From Dehalococcoidia bacterium (GTDB lineage Bacteria; Chloroflexota; Dehalococcoidia; Lucifugimonadales; QGNO01), in assembly GCA_965261445.1 (NCBI GenBank), contig CBDHCW010000011.1, positions 967-64,966 on the forward strand: a stretch of DNA of 64,000 nt. The letters run 5' to 3'. This document shows positions 1 to 11,511 of the stretch, one piece after another (within the stretch, counting starts at the first letter, position 1; every line of letters starts with the position of its first letter). The translations under genes were made by a program, and so were the position numbers. The notes under the pieces are model-generated. The model did no database searches. It was not told where the DNA came from and worked only from the letters and a program-made list of their open reading frames with translations.

Positions 1-985
1 GGAACGCGGCCTCAGCCTGGGACAGCTTTCTCATGCCTATCTGCTGGTGGGCCCGCCTCAAGTGGGGAAAGGCACCCTGGCGATGAAGATGGCACAGGCG
101 TTGAACTGCCTGCAAGACTCCCCTCCTTGTGGAGAGTGCGCGTCGTGCAGCCGCGTCCAGCGCGGCATACATGCCGACGTGCAGGTCATAGCGCCGGCGG
201 CGGACGAGCGCACGGGGAGAATGCGGTCTGAGATAGGAATAGACCAGGTGCGCGACATGGAGCATGCGGCCGCTCTGGGAGCGTACGAAGGGAAGTACCG
301 CGTATTCATAATCGACGGCGTGGAAAAAATGAGCCTGGAAGCGTCCAACGCATTGTTGAAGACGCTGGAAGAACCTCCGTCCGGGGTCATCTTCCTGCTG
401 CTCTCTTCACGGGAAGACGATCTGCTATCAACCATCCGCTCACGGTGTCAAAGGCTGGAGGTCAAGTCGGTGCCTGAGAGGGAGATGGTGGAACTGCTAG
501 TCAGCGAGCACAGCCTGGGAGCTGAAGACGCCGAGTTGCTGGCCAGGCTTTCCGCGGGCCGGCTGGGCTGGGCGCTGGCGGCGGCAAGAGAGCCCAGAAT
601 ACTGGGCGAGCGGCAGCAAAAGCTGGACGACTTGATGGATGCCCTGAAGGGCGGAGCGGAACGCCGCTTCCGGATCTCACAGGAACTTGCTTCCTTGCAA
701 TCGCGTGACCGCAGGGCTGTACAGGAAACGCTGGCGCTCTGGTTGTCCTGGTGGCGTGACCTCCTCATGCTCAAAGAAGGCAAGCCGGACTTGGTGGCAA
801 ACCGGGACTGCATGAAAGCGTTGGATGAGAAGCAAGCGGAGTTCAGTACAGACCAGGTAGTAGCGATTATAAAGGAGACCCTTGCTACCAAGGAGCGGTT
901 GATGCAAAACGCCAGCCCCCGGCTTGCGCTGGACGTGCTAATGTTGCTGCTGCCTGAGAGTGGAAGGATCGGGTCTAGCTCTTAG
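1..985 (+). CDS. holB: DNA polymerase III subunit delta' (5'-partial)
   Basis: Frame is open from the window edge (SHAYLLVGPPQVGKGT); Zn motif C...PCGECASC, ASNALLKTLEEP, TIRSRC. Confidence 0.93.
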   Translation, partial: ERGLSLGQLSHAYLLVGPPQVGKGTLAMKMAQALNCLQDSPPCGECASCSRVQRGIHADVQVIAPAADERTGRMRSEIGIDQVRDMEHAAALGAYEGKYRVFIIDGVEKMSLEASNALLKTLEEPPSGVIFLLLSSREDDLLSTIRSRCQRLEVKSVPEREMVELLVSEHSLGAEDAELLARLSAGRLGWALAAAREPRILGERQQKLDDLMDALKGGAERRFRISQELASLQSRDRRAVQETLALWLSWWRDLLMLKEGKPDLVANRDCMKALDEKQAEFSTDQVVAIIKETLATKERLMQNASPRLALDVLMLLLPESGRIGSSS

Positions 986-1499
986 CCCAGGGAATGAATG
1001 GCAGCCATTCTTCCTGGAGCGAGCGGTGATAGAACATGGAGTAGGGGTTTGGCCTGGGCGTCCTCGGAACGTTGAGAAGCTTAATGCCTGCTTCCTTGGG
1101 CGTGCGTCCCGCCTTGCGGTGATTGCAGGGGATGCAAGCGGCCACCACGTTTTCCCAGGAGTGGGCGCCTCCCCGGTAACGGGGCAAAACGTGGTCCAGC
1201 GTGAGGTTCTTGCTCTGTTTGCCACAATACTGGCAGGAAAAGCTATCACGAAGAAAGACCTCTTTTCTTGATAGCCGACGCCGAACCATGGGACGCTTCA
1301 CAAGGCTGATCAGCCTTATCACGGACGGTGCGGGGAAAGCCGTTGTGGTTGTGCGCAGCTCGCCCCTACCATTGATGAGAAGCTCCGCTCTGCCCCGGCT
1401 GAGGAGGACTACCGCCCGTCTTACGTTGCACACGTTGAGGGGCTGGTAGTTCTGGTTGAGCACCAGAACGGGAAGCCGGATTACGCTTTGCATCACCAT
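975..1499 (-). CDS. HNH endonuclease (McrA-like)
   Basis: VLVLNQNYQPL N-terminus, RDSFSCQYCG, TLDHVLP, WENVVAACIPCNHRK; start uncertain. Confidence 0.85.
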   Translation of the reverse strand: MVMQSVIRLPVLVLNQNYQPLNVCNVRRAVVLLSRGRAELLINGRGELRTTTTAFPAPSVIRLISLVKRPMVRRRLSRKEVFLRDSFSCQYCGKQSKNLTLDHVLPRYRGGAHSWENVVAACIPCNHRKAGRTPKEAGIKLLNVPRTPRPNPYSMFYHRSLQEEWLPFIPWAKS

Positions 1500-1512
1500 C
1501 TGCGTCCCTTCA

Positions 1513-2100
1513 TTAGGCAGCCTCTTGCTCAGCCAACTTATCAATCTGCTCCAAGGCTATCTTATAATCGCCGGGTACGAAACCCAAGGCGCTGCCGGGC
1601 AACGAGCCGGTTACGTTTATGAACACGCTGGTAAACCTGGAGAAGACAAGTGCTTTTTGCAGGCTGCCCCTGAATTCCTTCGTCTCAATGACAGTGTCGA
1701 TAGCACCCTGGGTGGGAAGGTCGCTGGAAAAGCGGGCTGCTCCCAGAATGAGAACGCTTGTGAGTCCAATACCGAACAGCAGCCCTGCGACCATGGCCCC
1801 CAGCGATCCTACCCATCCCAAGAATGGCAGCTTTATTGCCGCTTTGGCAAAACGGTGGGCTACCAGAGCGCAAATAAACACACCGGCAAAAATAACCGCG
1901 TAGGCAAGGACGGTAGCGTAGGCATCGGCGGCACCCTGGTTGGTAAACCAGCCGGCAATATCGTCACTGAGGTTGGCAGCGAGCAACGACGCTACAAGGA
2001 CACCTGCGGCATAGAAGACGGCACCTATCAGGCCTACACGAAACCCGGCAAAAAGTCCGACCAAGGCCACGACAATGATAACGAAATCAAACCAGTTCAT
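1513..2100 (-). CDS. CvpA (colicin V production) family membrane protein
   Basis: MNWFDFVII...GFRVGLI start and four hydrophobic segments. Confidence 0.75.
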   Translation of the reverse strand: MNWFDFVIIVVALVGLFAGFRVGLIGAVFYAAGVLVASLLAANLSDDIAGWFTNQGAADAYATVLAYAVIFAGVFICALVAHRFAKAAIKLPFLGWVGSLGAMVAGLLFGIGLTSVLILGAARFSSDLPTQGAIDTVIETKEFRGSLQKALVFSRFTSVFINVTGSLPGSALGFVPGDYKIALEQIDKLAEQEAA

Positions 2101-2188
2101 AGCATTCTTCTTGCCTTGCAAGAGGATCCAATTCACCGGTCATTGGCTGCGGGCCCCGCTTTGTGCAAAGAGACGCCCTTTGCTTGAA

Positions 2189-4555
2189 TCAGGGTGTTCG
2201 TAAAGCGGCCTCCAGCACCTCTGCCATGCCTTTCACGAAAACAAAATTGATGTCCTTGCGTACGTTCCTTGGGATATCGTTGATATCCCTGCGGTTCTCC
2301 GCAGGGAGGATGAAAGAAAGAATACCGGCTCTGTGAGCCGCCAGGACTTTCTCCTTGATGCCGCCAACGGGCAAGACTTTGCCTCTGAGCGTTATTTCTC
2401 CGGTCATTGCCACGTCTTTGCGCACCGGCTTGCGGGTCAGCGCAGAAACGAGCGCCGTGGTCAAGGCGGCGCCGGCGGACGGCCCCTCCTTGGGCATGGC
2501 GCCGGCCGGTATGTGGATGTGAATATCCTTTGTAGAGAAGTAGCCGTCCTTCAGATGCCACTCCTCAGACCTAGCGCGGGAATAGCTCAGCGCCGCCTGA
2601 GCCGACTCCTTCATCACTTCGCCAAGCTGTCCCGTAAGCATCAGGTTGCCCTTGCCCCTCATCAGGGCTACTTCTATGGAGAGTATGTCGCCACCGGACG
2701 GCGTGTATGCCACGCCCGTGGCCACGCCAATTTCGTCCTGTTCCTCGGCGATGCCCCGGGTGAACCGGGGAGGGCCAAGATACTTGGCTATGGATTGAGG
2801 CACTATCAGGGCGCGCCCTTCGCGCCCTTCCGCGACGCGTTTGGCTACTTTCCGGCAGATGGCGCCAATCTCTCTTTCCAAGTTGCGTACGCCGGCTTCC
2901 CTGGTGTACTCACGGATGATACGTCGTATGCCGTTATCGGAGAACCTCAGGTGTTCCTGGGAGAGACCGTGCTCTTTGAGCTGGCGGAGAAAGAGGAACC
3001 GTCTTGCAATCTGCAGCTTCTCCTCTTCCGTGTATCCGGGAAGCTCTATGATCTCCATACGGTCTTGCAGGGCGGGAAGAATCGGGTCCAGAACGTTCCC
3101 CGTACAGATGAACATCACTTTGGATAGGTCGTAGGGGACTTCCAGGTAGTGATCGCTGAAGGAGTGGTTCTGCTCCGGATCCAGCGCCTCCAGCAGGGCG
3201 GAAGAGGGGTCGCCGCGGAAATCTGCGCCGACTTTGTCTATTTCGTCCAGCATGAAGACGGGGTTGACCGTGCCGGCCTGTTTCATGGTCTGGAGGATGC
3301 GTCCGGGAAGAGCGCCTATGTAAGTCCGACGGTGACCCCGTACCTCGGCTTCGTCGCGGATACCGCCCAAGCTGACGCGGACGAATTTCCTCCCCATGGC
3401 TTCGGCGATAGACCGGCCCAAGCTGGTCTTGCCGACGCCGGGAGCGCCGACAAAGCAGAGTACAGGGCTTCTCAGCTTACCTTCTGAGAGTTTGCGTACG
3501 GCCAGGTACTCTAGGATGCGCTCTTTCACCTTGGGCAGCCCGTAATGGTTGGCCTCCAACACCTTGGAGGCCGCCTTGATGTCCAGATTGTCGTCGGTCT
3601 TCGTCTGCCAGGGAAGCTCCACCAGCCAGTCCAGGTAACCCCGCACCAAGGAGTGCTCCGGAGATGCGGGAGGTATCTGGGTCAGCCTTTCCAACTCTTC
3701 GTTGGCTTTCTTGGCCGGGGCTTCAGACATGCCTGATTCCTGGATCCTTTGACGTATGCGTTCGACCTCTTGCTGCTGAGGGTCGGTGCCGGTAAGCTCC
3801 CGTTGGATGGCCTGCATCTGCTCGCGGAGGAAGTACTCCCGGTGCGATTTGTCCAGCGACTCTCTGACCTCGTCATCGATACGACCCTGTATCTCCAGCA
3901 CTTCAACTTCGTGGGCAAGTAGGAGATTAACGGTGCTGAGCCGCTTCGCGGGGTCCAGAGTCTCCAGGATCTCCTGTCGCTGCTCCATCTCCAGATTGAG
4001 GGACGAAGCAATGAGATCGGCGAGCCATCCCGGTTTGTCGGCATTCAACGCGGCAACGTAAGCGTCCCAGGAAAGCATTGGCGACAGTTGGACGCACTTT
4101 TCGAACAGAGCAAGCACCGACCGCATGGAGGCTTGCTGCTCTACGGAATCCTCTTCAGGCTCCGTCAACACCTGCACCTTGGCCTTGTAGAAAGGCTCGG
4201 TCTGCGTCACCTCCAGGATGCGGACTCTCTCTTCGCCCTGTAGCCACACTGTGGCTGCACCCTCCGGCAGCTTGAGCATCCTGCCCACCATGGACATAGT
4301 GCCCACTTCGTACAGGTCGTTCACATCGAACTCTGAGCTTTGGACGTTGCGGCGACCGATAATCACGATGCGTCTATCCCCGGCAACAGCTTCCTGGAGA
4401 GAGCGCTGAAACGCGGGACGGAACACCGCCAATTGGGCAACCAGCTTGGGGAAGACGAGCGCTTCACGCCGGGGAAGAAGAGGCAGCTCTTCTACCGTGG
4501 CTTCTGGCTCTGGAGGTGGAACCGAACGGGCTTTACGTTTGTTTGCCAAACTCAT
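2189..4555 (-). CDS. lon: Lon ATP-dependent protease
   Basis: Walker [22 protein letters not shown], catalytic PKEGPSAG. Confidence 0.97.
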   Translation of the reverse strand: MSLANKRKARSVPPPEPEATVEELPLLPRREALVFPKLVAQLAVFRPAFQRSLQEAVAGDRRIVIIGRRNVQSSEFDVNDLYEVGTMSMVGRMLKLPEGAATVWLQGEERVRILEVTQTEPFYKAKVQVLTEPEEDSVEQQASMRSVLALFEKCVQLSPMLSWDAYVAALNADKPGWLADLIASSLNLEMEQRQEILETLDPAKRLSTVNLLLAHEVEVLEIQGRIDDEVRESLDKSHREYFLREQMQAIQRELTGTDPQQQEVERIRQRIQESGMSEAPAKKANEELERLTQIPPASPEHSLVRGYLDWLVELPWQTKTDDNLDIKAASKVLEANHYGLPKVKERILEYLAVRKLSEGKLRSPVLCFVGAPGVGKTSLGRSIAEAMGRKFVRVSLGGIRDEAEVRGHRRTYIGALPGRILQTMKQAGTVNPVFMLDEIDKVGADFRGDPSSALLEALDPEQNHSFSDHYLEVPYDLSKVMFICTGNVLDPILPALQDRMEIIELPGYTEEEKLQIARRFLFLRQLKEHGLSQEHLRFSDNGIRRIIREYTREAGVRNLEREIGAICRKVAKRVAEGREGRALIVPQSIAKYLGPPRFTRGIAEEQDEIGVATGVAYTPSGGDILSIEVALMRGKGNLMLTGQLGEVMKESAQAALSYSRARSEEWHLKDGYFSTKDIHIHIPAGAMPKEGPSAGAALTTALVSALTRKPVRKDVAMTGEITLRGKVLPVGGIKEKVLAAHRAGILSFILPAENRRDINDIPRNVRKDINFVFVKGMAEVLEAALRTP

Positions 4556-4704
4556 ATCTCCTGATTTACAGTTGGGATTATTCTTAGGAGCAATTACAGA
4601 TTACCATACAGCACCCGGAGTTGACCGTACAACTTCCTGCACAGTCCAGGGTGTTGCATAGATTGCCAAGCAGGTTTGGCCCCTAAGATTATGACTGAGG
4701 ACCC

Positions 4705-5574
4705 ATGCGTTGCCATACGTTCGCTCTTCTCTGTGCCAGCTTGGCCATCCTGATATTGGGTTGCGCGTCTCCAACCGCAACGTCTACTCCCACGGCTACT
4801 CCCGCACCTGTGCCAACGGTCGTTTGGCCGTCTCTAGCCTCGATTGAACCGCAAAAGGTATCTCCTGGAGAGAAAGTCCTCGTTTCGGGAAGTGGGGGAT
4901 ACCTCTTTATACCGCCTGGTGAATACGTAGAAGACAGTAGAACGTTTGAGGCCTTCTTTGACGGTGAGCCGGTAGGTTCAGTGACATGTTTCGTCAATAC
5001 GTGTCAGGGAGAGTTCAGTGTGCCTGAAACCGCGGAACCCGGGGAACACACAATAACGTTGGAGGGTGGGGCACAGGCCTCTATCCTGGTAGAGGAGGTC
5101 TCGTTGGACGAAATCAAGGAGAGGCTGGGCTATGCCCTGCTGCCGGAATACGTCCCCAACGGATTGAAGCTCAGCGCGGCAAACGTGACCGGCTCAAGGG
5201 GGCACCTCATGTTCGATGGCCCCGAAGGTAGGCTCAACGTATCTTATCCCGTTCCCTTTTCAGAGGAGGGCTTCCTAGTGGAGGGAGACCCAAATTCGGC
5301 AAGGCGCCCTGACGACGCAGTTATGGAGGTAGAGTTGGGGGAAGGGATGGGCTACCTGGTGCGGGGCAAGTGGTCGGATGCAACGGTGGCCATGGGGCCG
5401 TTCATGGATCCGTCACTGGCAGAGTGGGAGTACCATGGCGCCCTGTCCCTGTACTGGAGCATGCGCATCCAGGAAAGCAACGTGGGCGTTGTGATACAGG
5501 CGCAGGGCAGTTCGTTAGACTGGATAGAACAGGAAGACATGGTTCAGATCGCCGGGTCTCTGAGGCAAAGGTGA
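4705..5574 (+). CDS. Hypothetical lipoprotein
   Basis: Signal peptide with lipobox ILGC, Pro/Thr linker, beta-rich domain. Confidence 0.65.
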   Translation: MRCHTFALLCASLAILILGCASPTATSTPTATPAPVPTVVWPSLASIEPQKVSPGEKVLVSGSGGYLFIPPGEYVEDSRTFEAFFDGEPVGSVTCFVNTCQGEFSVPETAEPGEHTITLEGGAQASILVEEVSLDEIKERLGYALLPEYVPNGLKLSAANVTGSRGHLMFDGPEGRLNVSYPVPFSEEGFLVEGDPNSARRPDDAVMEVELGEGMGYLVRGKWSDATVAMGPFMDPSLAEWEYHGALSLYWSMRIQESNVGVVIQAQGSSLDWIEQEDMVQIAGSLRQR

Positions 5575-5576
5575 GT

Positions 5577-6368
5577 TCATAGTTGGGCAAGCACCTGGAA
5601 AACGGCGCCCGCTATCATCAATACACCCACGCTCAGGACAAACGGTCCAAGGTTGACTCGTTCAGCCAGGCGCAGCAGGACTCTTATGCTGAAGAGGCCT
5701 GCCAGAAACGCGACAAAGCTTGCCACTATACCTTCCGTTCCCATGAGTGCGTTGTCCCTGAAATAAGCGAATAGCGCCGCACCCAATCCGGCGGGAATGC
5801 TCATGAGGAAGCTCAAGGTAAGGGACTCCCTTCTGTCCAGTCGACGGGCAAGAAGCACGGCCACGGTCAGTCCGGAGCGGCTCAGGCCGGGCAGCACGGC
5901 CACTCCCTGGAATATCCCGCACAGTAGGGCGTCCTTTATTGATACACTGGCCAAGCCCCTGACGCCGGCGCTGCGTCTACGGAGCTGGGCTGCCCCGGTG
6001 AAGAGTAGCAGTACGCCTACAATAACCATTGCCGGCGCACCTATTTGCTCGGACAACTCGTCCAGGAGCAGCAGCAGCGGAACTGCTATCGCCGTACTGA
6101 TTAGCGTTGCCACTACAAGGAAACGCAACAAGGGGGAGGGAGCTAGAGGAGTGGATGTCATCTCTTTGATCAGGTCCCGGACCTGCCTGCGGAAGGCAAC
6201 TAGCGCGGAGAAGGCGGTGCCCAGGTGCAGCCACAGGGCGTAGGCCACGGCTTCAGAAAGGGACGTGTTCCGCAGAAGAGAGTAGATGGCGGCAACAGCG
6301 CCCTCCGAGCTGATGGGCAGCCACTCTGTGAGGCCTTGAATGACTCCGAGCAGGACGGCTATATCCAT
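5577..6368 (-). CDS. uppP: Undecaprenyl-diphosphate phosphatase
   Basis: QGLTEWLPISSEG and PGLSRSG motifs. Confidence 0.93.
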   Translation of the reverse strand: MDIAVLLGVIQGLTEWLPISSEGAVAAIYSLLRNTSLSEAVAYALWLHLGTAFSALVAFRRQVRDLIKEMTSTPLAPSPLLRFLVVATLISTAIAVPLLLLLDELSEQIGAPAMVIVGVLLLFTGAAQLRRRSAGVRGLASVSIKDALLCGIFQGVAVLPGLSRSGLTVAVLLARRLDRRESLTLSFLMSIPAGLGAALFAYFRDNALMGTEGIVASFVAFLAGLFSIRVLLRLAERVNLGPFVLSVGVLMIAGAVFQVLAQL

Positions 6369-6608
6369 ATGGCGAGCATCGCTTTCACTGATGTTGTAGA
6401 CCGGGACTTTCCGCTACAATAACCCGGTGACGCGGCGGACGGTGCGGGCCGGCGCCGGGCGATGTGGTCATCCCTGTTGCGAGTATAGTCAAGACGGGGA
6501 TTGTAACCTGTTCCGAACTTACCATACCGGCCGGCAAATCATACAGCCCTGTTGTGCGGCGCATTTCCGAAGCCTATAATCACAGCGCTTGACGTACCGT
6601 TTGAGAAT

Positions 6609-7283
6609 ATGAGTAGGCCCAATGCCATAGCCATAGACGGTCCAGTTGCATCCGGCAAGACATCCGCAGGCCGTATGCTGGCCGGGAAGCTGGGATATAG
6701 ATTCTTGGATACCGGCTTGATGTACCGCGCCTTAACCTGGGCGGCCGTTCACAATAACATAGACCCCACGGATGTCGATACGGTAGTCAGGCTGGTGCAG
6801 GAACCGATTATAAACGTGTACTTCGACGATAGCGGTGTGGCGTCTGTATATCTTGGAGATTGGGACGCCACACCTTATCTGAGAGACCCGGATGTTGAGA
6901 GGCACGTCTCACGGGTGTCACGTATAGCCGCAGTGCGGAGAGAGCTGGTCAGGCAGCAATGCGTCATAGCGGGGAGCGGGCCCATTGTAATGGCGGGCCG
7001 CGATATAGGGACAGAGGTGCTTCCCAATGCGGATATCAAGATATTCTTGACTGCTTCTGCCGGATTGCGCGCCAGACGCCGCAGCGAAGAGCAATCCGTT
7101 ATGGGACTAGAGACCTCTTTTGAAGAGGTTCTGGCGGAAGTAGAAGAGAGAGATTTGCTGGACTCTCAGCGCAGGGTGGGACCGCTCAAGCCCGCGGAAG
7201 ACGCCCATATCATCCACACCGATGATCTATCGCTGGAGCAAGTGGTAGAGTGGGCAATGGAGTTGATAGAGGAGATGCGGTGA
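6609..7283 (+). CDS. cmk: Cytidylate kinase
   Basis: IAIDGPVASGKT, DTGLMYR, GRDIGT. Confidence 0.93.
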   Translation: MSRPNAIAIDGPVASGKTSAGRMLAGKLGYRFLDTGLMYRALTWAAVHNNIDPTDVDTVVRLVQEPIINVYFDDSGVASVYLGDWDATPYLRDPDVERHVSRVSRIAAVRRELVRQQCVIAGSGPIVMAGRDIGTEVLPNADIKIFLTASAGLRARRRSEEQSVMGLETSFEEVLAEVEERDLLDSQRRVGPLKPAEDAHIIHTDDLSLEQVVEWAMELIEEMR

Positions 7284-7954
7284 CACTTGTATACAAAGCG
7301 AGCAGGGTTCTGGCCAGGTTCTGCTTCTTCACCTTTGGGCGCTGGGAAGTTGTAGGCCAGGAAGGAATCCTGCCTAGGGGAAGGCTGATAGTGGTGGCCA
7401 ATCATCAATCCAACGCCGACCCACCCGTGCTGGTCGCCGGCATAAACCGTCCTCTCAACCTGGTGGCGAAACGCGGACTGTTCCGCTATCCGGTAGTATC
7501 CTGGTTTATGCACCAGTGGCATGCCTACCCAACCGACAGGGATGGCCGTGACGTCGATTTGCTGAGGTGGCTGCTCAGGAAACTGGAAGGGGAGGAAGTG
7601 GTGGTGTTGTTCCCCGAAGGGACCAGAAATCCTCGCGGCATTGGCCTGGTAAACAACGGCGTGGCATACCTTGCTTTGAAATCCAACGCACCCATCCTGC
7701 CCGTGGGCATTACCGGCACGGAGAACGTCCAATCCTTCAAGCGTGTGCCATTCCCCTTTACACATTTAAAGCTCAACATCGGCCAGCCGTTCAGCTTGCC
7801 CCCCATGGAAGGCAAAGTCAGGGGCCCCTTGCTCGATTCGCTGACCGATATGATCATGAGCCGGGTAGCGGCATTGCTGCCTGAGGAGTACCGGGGGGAG
7901 TATGCGATAGAGCGTACAATACCCCGGCGTGATCTAGAACGCGTCGATCCCTAG
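7280..7954 (+). CDS. plsC: 1-acyl-sn-glycerol-3-phosphate acyltransferase
   Basis: NHQSNAD and FPEGTR motifs; GTG start overlaps the cmk stop. Confidence 0.88.
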   Translation: MTLVYKASRVLARFCFFTFGRWEVVGQEGILPRGRLIVVANHQSNADPPVLVAGINRPLNLVAKRGLFRYPVVSWFMHQWHAYPTDRDGRDVDLLRWLLRKLEGEEVVVLFPEGTRNPRGIGLVNNGVAYLALKSNAPILPVGITGTENVQSFKRVPFPFTHLKLNIGQPFSLPPMEGKVRGPLLDSLTDMIMSRVAALLPEEYRGEYAIERTIPRRDLERVDP

Positions 7955-7959
7955 TCATT

Positions 7960-9804
7960 ATGTGCGGAATCATGGGCTATATAGGCAGTAAGGAAGCGGC
8001 GCCGATACTCCTACAAGGATTGGAGCGTCTGGAGTACCGCGGATATGACAGTGCGGGCATCGCCGTTGTGAATGGAGAGGGGCTTGTTGCCGTGCACAAG
8101 GCCACGGGAAAGCTGAGTGCGCTTGTCAAATCGCTGAACGGCAGCCTTCCCCTGGGAGTAGTGGGCATTGGACACACGCGCTGGGCCACGCACGGCAGCC
8201 CCAACGAGGTAAACGCGCACCCGCACGGAGATTGCAACAGGGACGTGGTGATAGTACACAACGGCATTGTGGAGAACTACCTCAGCCTGAAGCAGCAACT
8301 CCAAGAAGACGGCCACAGATTCAGCTCGCAAACGGATACCGAGGTTATAGCCCACCTTGTCGAGTCGTTTATGGCGGAGGGCGCCTCCTTGGAAGAGGCG
8401 GTTGCCTTGTCGGCCAAGGCAATAAAGGGAGCTCAAGCTGTGGTGGCCATGCTTGCTTCACAGCCGGATCGCCTGGTCGCCTTCCGTTTGGGGAATGCCG
8501 GCGGGATCACGGTTGGTTACGGCGAAGGGGATATGTATCTTGCCAGCGATCTGCCCGCCTTGCTTCCCTACACCTCTCGTGTCGTCTACCTTGGCCCGGG
8601 TGAGCTGGCAGAGATATGGCCCGACCGCGTACACTACCGGTCGCTGGACAATGGCGCCGTGGAGAGGCTGCCGCAACAGGCCCCCTACGACAGCGTGGCC
8701 CTGGCCAAGGGTGGCTTCAAGCATTTTATGCTGAAGGAGATCATGGAGCAGCCGCAGGCTTTGCTTCAGACCCTGTCCGGCAGAGTTTCCTTTGACCCTC
8801 CGCGGGTGGTGCTGGAAGGACTCCCGTTCTCCAACTCAGAGATAGCAGATTTGAACAGGGTGGTGCTCACCGGCATGGGCACCAGCCTGCTGGCGGCACA
8901 GGTAGGCCGCCACTATATAGAGAAGCTTGCTGGTCTGCCGGCAGAGGCAGACAACGCTTCCGAGCTGCGATACAGGGATCCCGTAGTAGACGAGCACACC
9001 CTGGTTGTTTCGGTCAGCCAGTCGGGAGAGACGGTGGATACCCTTGCCGCAATAGAGGAGGCGGCGCGCAAGAACGCTAGGCAGATCTCCGTTTGCAACG
9101 TGGATTCCAGCCAGGCTACTCGTATTGTAGACGGCACGGTGAACATAGGCGTAGGACCGGAGATTGGGGTTGCCACCACCAAGTGTTTCACGGGCTCCAT
9201 TGCGGCGCTCTATCTGCTCGCGGCATATTTGGGTAGAGCCAGGCAGGCTATTGACGACGAGATGCTGAGCAAACTGCTGCACGACCTTTCGACCATTCCA
9301 AGATTGATGGGCCAGGCGTTGGAGCAGGAGAGGCACATAGAAAAGCTGGCCCAGAAGCTGCATAGATATGAGAATTTCCTCTACCTGGGCCGCGGCTTGA
9401 ACATGCCAGTTGCCCTGGAGGGCGCTCTGAAGCTGAAGGAGGTCAGCTACATTCATGCTGAGGGCTACCCGGCGGGGGAGATGAAGCATGGCCCAATAGC
9501 CCTCATAGATGAGAATATGCCGGTGGTGGTGATTGCGCCACAGGACGGTCTATACGATAAAATGCGGGGCAACGTTGAGGAGGTGAAGGCAAGAGGAGGA
9601 AGGATAATAGCCCTGGTCAGCGAGGGTGACGAAGACCTAGCGGCCCTGGCCGACGAGATCATTGAGATTCCACAGACGCCGGACCTTCTTACTCCCATAG
9701 TCTCTGCCGTGCCCTTGCAGATGCTGGCCTATCACGTGGCTGTACGTAGAGGCTGTGACGTAGACCAGCCAAGGAACCTAGCAAAGACGGTAACTGTGGA
9801 GTAG
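7960..9804 (+). CDS. glmS: Glutamine--fructose-6-phosphate aminotransferase
   Basis: MCGI start, LEYRGYDSAG, C-terminal DQPRNLAKTVTVE. Confidence 0.98.
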   Translation: MCGIMGYIGSKEAAPILLQGLERLEYRGYDSAGIAVVNGEGLVAVHKATGKLSALVKSLNGSLPLGVVGIGHTRWATHGSPNEVNAHPHGDCNRDVVIVHNGIVENYLSLKQQLQEDGHRFSSQTDTEVIAHLVESFMAEGASLEEAVALSAKAIKGAQAVVAMLASQPDRLVAFRLGNAGGITVGYGEGDMYLASDLPALLPYTSRVVYLGPGELAEIWPDRVHYRSLDNGAVERLPQQAPYDSVALAKGGFKHFMLKEIMEQPQALLQTLSGRVSFDPPRVVLEGLPFSNSEIADLNRVVLTGMGTSLLAAQVGRHYIEKLAGLPAEADNASELRYRDPVVDEHTLVVSVSQSGETVDTLAAIEEAARKNARQISVCNVDSSQATRIVDGTVNIGVGPEIGVATTKCFTGSIAALYLLAAYLGRARQAIDDEMLSKLLHDLSTIPRLMGQALEQERHIEKLAQKLHRYENFLYLGRGLNMPVALEGALKLKEVSYIHAEGYPAGEMKHGPIALIDENMPVVVIAPQDGLYDKMRGNVEEVKARGGRIIALVSEGDEDLAALADEIIEIPQTPDLLTPIVSAVPLQMLAYHVAVRRGCDVDQPRNLAKTVTVE

Positions 9805-9805
9805 T

Positions 9806-10042
9806 ATGCCCGCTTGGGAGGATTTTATGGACAGAGACAAAATAGGCATCTACGCAAACCCCAGCCAAGGAACTGTAGTGCGGATAACGTCCCCCTACTG
9901 GCTTCCTGAAGAGCCCGCCTGGAAGCTTGTGACCGGCGATCCCAACGCTACGCTGGTAGCCATCAAGCAGGCCATCAAAGACAATGGCATAATGCAGGAC
10001 GCATCCGGCGTGGTCTGGGCCAGCATTCCCGACAAGGGATAG
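9806..10042 (+). CDS. Small hypothetical protein
   Basis: Directly follows glmS; protein-like composition; the true start may be the second Met. Confidence 0.6.
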   Translation: MPAWEDFMDRDKIGIYANPSQGTVVRITSPYWLPEEPAWKLVTGDPNATLVAIKQAIKDNGIMQDASGVVWASIPDKG

Positions 10043-10093
10043 GCCGGTATCCTCTACATGACCGTAGAGCGTGGTCATTTCCTGTTGATCTAG

Positions 10094-11356
10094 ATGTCTT
10101 TGCTGACCGCCTTGAGTTCACGCTTGAGCCTTTTCGAGGCGCTGCAATACCGGGACTATCGCATCTTCTGGTTCGGCCAGGTGGTCTCCGTCATGGGCTT
10201 TCAGATGCTCATTGTGACCATTGGCTGGCTGATTTATGACATCACGGGCTCGTCCGTACAGCTGGGGCTTGTCGGGCTGTCCACGGCTTTACCCGCTATC
10301 GTTTTGAACCTGTTTGGAGGAGTGGTAGCGGACAAGGTAAACCCCAAACGCCTGATAATGATAGTGCAGTCGCTGAACGCCGTAGCCGTAGGCATCATGG
10401 CTACCCTGGTCTTGATGGGACTGGTCCAACCCTGGCACATCATGGCGAACGCATTCATAATGGGCGCACTGGGCGCCTTCGATCAGCCGTCGCGGCAGGC
10501 TATCTTCCCTCATCTCATAGACCGGCGGGTGATGATGAACGCCGTGGCGCTGAACTCCATGGTCTGGCAGGGCAGCAGAATAGTTGGTCCCGCCATAGCC
10601 GGAGTGCTCATCGCTTGGGTTGGAGCGCCTGTGACGCTGTATCTTGCCACCGCCGGCTTCCTGGTCTTCGTGACGTTCCTAAGCGCAATACGCATGCCCA
10701 AGATCCCGCGGTCCCGTTCGGCAACCTTCTTCAGAGACCTCCTGGATGGCCTGTCCTTCGTGCGCAAACACCACATCTTCGCCTTTCTGCTGGGCATGAC
10801 CTTCTTCAATAGCTTCTTTGGCCTATCCTACGTTTTCCTGCTCCCCATATTCCAAAAAGACATTCTGGGAGTGGGGCCGTCGGGACTTGGCTTCCTTCAC
10901 GCCATGAGTGGAATAGGGGCAGTGACGGGGACGCTGATAGTGGCGTCTTTGCGTGATTTCCGGAACAAGGGTGTTGTGCTCGTTGGCGGCGCAATTGCCT
11001 TTGGAACGCTGCTCATCCTGTTTGGCTATTCCAATTGGTTCCCTGTTTCTCTAGCGCTGGTGGCTTTGGCCGGGATGTCCACTGCCACCTACATGATTCT
11101 GACTCAGAGCACTTTGCAACTGCTGGTGCCCGATCAGCTGCGCGGCAGGATTATGGGACTGTGGGGCATGACGTTCAACATAATGCCGCTCGGCGGGTTT
11201 TATGCGGGAATCCTCGCCAGCTACATCGGCGCTCCAAGCGCTGTGGCAATCGGCGGCGTGGCGGTGATAGCTTTTGCCGTATTCGGCGCTGCCCGCGACC
11301 GGCAGGTTCGCAGGCTGGACATACCTTCCCTGCAGAGCACGATCAAGGGAGCATGA
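10094..11356 (+). CDS. MFS transporter
   Basis: About 12 TM segments, GGVVADK motif A, VPDQLRGR. Confidence 0.9.
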   Translation: MSLLTALSSRLSLFEALQYRDYRIFWFGQVVSVMGFQMLIVTIGWLIYDITGSSVQLGLVGLSTALPAIVLNLFGGVVADKVNPKRLIMIVQSLNAVAVGIMATLVLMGLVQPWHIMANAFIMGALGAFDQPSRQAIFPHLIDRRVMMNAVALNSMVWQGSRIVGPAIAGVLIAWVGAPVTLYLATAGFLVFVTFLSAIRMPKIPRSRSATFFRDLLDGLSFVRKHHIFAFLLGMTFFNSFFGLSYVFLLPIFQKDILGVGPSGLGFLHAMSGIGAVTGTLIVASLRDFRNKGVVLVGGAIAFGTLLILFGYSNWFPVSLALVALAGMSTATYMILTQSTLQLLVPDQLRGRIMGLWGMTFNIMPLGGFYAGILASYIGAPSAVAIGGVAVIAFAVFGAARDRQVRRLDIPSLQSTIKGA

Positions 11357-11511
11357 ACGCCGGTGGTAGGCAGGATGCCAGGGAGCCCCGCCGCCGCAGA
11401 TACGGTTCGAAGTGCCATCGCCGTCCGGCATTCGTTGTGGGGGAACCTGCCCCAATAGCGGTCTCTATGCTAAACTGAATAGGACGGTTGACCTGATTGT
11501 GGAGAGTTGGT

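Noticed and set aside
6370-6550. Riboswitch between uppP and cmk
   Set aside because: Only short GC-rich pairings; no recognisable consensus
7940-7960. glmS ribozyme
   Set aside because: Only 5 nt separate plsC and glmS, leaving no room
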